This document shows, in pieces, positions 62,889 through 64,000 of a DNA stretch of 64,000 nt; position 1 is the stretch's first letter, and each line of letters opens with the position of its first letter. Location of the stretch: NCBI GenBank assembly GCA_963816425.1, contig CAWFKP010000006.1:555678-619677 (forward strand), given 5' to 3'. A program made the translations under genes and the position numbers. Source of the stretch: an uncultured Actinomycetes bacterium. Lineage in GTDB: Bacteria > Actinomycetota > UBA4738 > HRBIN12. Below the pieces are notes generated by a model. The model did no database searches. It was not told where the DNA came from and saw only the letters and a program-made list of their open reading frames with translations.

Positions 62889-64000
62889 TCAGCGCACGGT
62901 CACCGACACCGTGTGGTAACCCGTCGCGCCGTCGGGGAAGGGTTCCGCCAGATCGGGCGTCTGGACCTCGCCGTCGAGGTCGGTGGCGCGCACCGCGATC
63001 CGGTGATCGCCCGCGGGCGCGTCCCAAAGCAGTCGCCACTGGCGCCAGGTATCGGTCGTGTCCTGCGGCGCGAGCTCGGCGGGAAGCCAGGCGCCGTCGT
63101 CGATCTGCACCTCGACCGCCGCGATCCCGACATGCTGCGCCCAGGCGACCCCCGCGATATCCCGTTGGCCGACGCTCACCGTGCCGTGCGGCACATCGAT
63201 CCGTGACTCCGTCTTGATCGGGGCCTGCTGCGCCCACCCGCGCGCGACCCAATAGGCGTCGTAGGCGCCGAAGGTCGTCAGCTCCATGTCGACGACCCAT
63301 TTCGTGGCCGACACGTAGCCGTAGAGCCCCGGCACGACCACCCGGACGGGGAACCCGTGCGAGATCGGGAGCGGCTCGCCGTTCATCGCCACCGCGAGCA
63401 TCGCATCGCGCCCGTCAATCAACGCCGCCGTGGGCGTGCCGACCGTGAAGCCATCGACCGAGCGCCCGACCAGTTGATCGGCCCCGGGTTGGACCCCGGC
63501 CTCGCGGAGGAGATCCCGCAGCGGCGCGCCGATCCAGCGGGCGTTGCCGAGGTAGTGACCGCCGACCGGGTTCGAGACGCACGTGAGCGTGATGTCGCGC
63601 TCGATCAGCCGACGCGCCAGGAGCTGGTCGTAGGTGAGCGTGATCTCGCGCTCGACCATCCCGTGGATCCGGAGCTGCCATTCCTCGGCGGTGACCGCCG
63701 GGACGAGGAGCGCCGTGTCGACCCGGTAGAAGCGGTCGTTCGGCGTGAAGAACGGTGAGATCCCGTCGACCGCGTCGAAGTCCGCCGGCGCGTCGGAGGC
63801 GGGCGACGCGGGCGCCGGGATCCGGACGGATGCGCGCGAATCGTCGGCTCGGAATCGACGCGACAGGAACCCGCCCACCCCGCCGGCGCCGATCGCGACG
63901 ACGGCCCCCACACCGGCCGTCCACAGGAACTGCCGCCGGTCGAGGCTGGCGACCGGCGGATCGTCTGCCGTCGTCGCGGGGAGCCCGGCCGCGTGCAGCA
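62889..64000 (-). CDS. molybdopterin-dependent oxidoreductase (sulfite-oxidase/YedY family), 5' end outside window
   Basis: The frame is open to the window edge. An internal twin-arginine-like DRRQFLWTAG motif is present. Moco domain motifs LTCVSNPVGG, HGFPVRVVVPGLYGYVSATKW and a C-terminal Ig-like dimerisation domain. Confidence 0.8.
   Translation of the reverse strand, partial: LHAAGLPATTADDPPVASLDRRQFLWTAGVGAVVAIGAGGVGGFLSRRFRADDSRASVRIPAPASPASDAPADFDAVDGISPFFTPNDRFYRVDTALLVPAVTAEEWQLRIHGMVEREITLTYDQLLARRLIERDITLTCVSNPVGGHYLGNARWIGAPLRDLLREAGVQPGADQLVGRSVDGFTVGTPTAALIDGRDAMLAVAMNGEPLPISHGFPVRVVVPGLYGYVSATKWVVDMELTTFGAYDAYWVARGWAQQAPIKTESRIDVPHGTVSVGQRDIAGVAWAQHVGIAAVEVQIDDGAWLPAELAPQDTTDTWRQWRLLWDAPAGDHRIAVRATDLDGEVQTPDLAEPFPDGATGYHTVSVTVR

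Noticed and set aside
1-64000. Scan for tRNA, rRNA, CRISPR repeats, IS elements, integrases, and phage or defence-island hallmarks.
   Set aside because: No T-loop-like GGTTCGAATCC-type sequence occurs in any intergenic region. There are no regularly spaced direct repeats, no transposase or recombinase-like ORF, no terminal inverted repeats, and no compositional break visible by eye. The window looks like stable chromosome.

Overview
Very GC-rich bacterial chromosome segment with an actinobacterial-type gene repertoire; the taxon cannot be fixed without a database search. It is densely packed, with about 67 protein-coding genes, many joined by ATGA, GTGA or TGATG stop/start overlaps. I found no rRNA, tRNA, CRISPR array, transposase, integrase or prophage signature, so most of it reads as core or metabolic chromosome rather than a mobile island. 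Main blocks: (i) 0.2-9.4 kb, a dispersed NHEJ-type repair locus with two stand-alone LigD-type polymerase genes flanking a VOC / PolX-remnant PHP / ATP-dependent ligase operon. (ii) 11.6-15.0 kb, a large secreted protein plus a sedolisin-like peptidase. (iii) 15-20 kb and 33.8-39.7 kb, three dimethylglycine/sarcosine-dehydrogenase-like paralogues plus tdh-kbl. (iv) 19.9-21.8 kb, an anchored small protein / ApbE / bis-heme ferric-reductase-like operon. (v) 21.8-27.0 kb, a MacB-type ABC exporter coupled to a histidine kinase with no response regulator nearby. (vi) 52.3-54.9 kb, a SHOCT / OmpR-type regulator / kinase operon. (vii) 56.2-62.1 kb, a cobalamin riboswitch followed by a seven-gene B12 uptake and nucleotide-loop salvage operon. 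The most striking sequence-level signal is at least nine frame breaks inside otherwise well-conserved genes, clustered in three patches; these are either assembly indels or recent pseudogenisation. Two genes have a good RBS aligned on ACG or ATC instead of a canonical start codon. One RBS-preceded 38-codon lysine-rich ORF is missing from the ORF track. No single obviously novel system stands out. The best candidates for follow-up are the PHP-ligase repair operon and the ApbE-centred membrane redox module. All functional calls rest on motif recognition by eye, not on searches.
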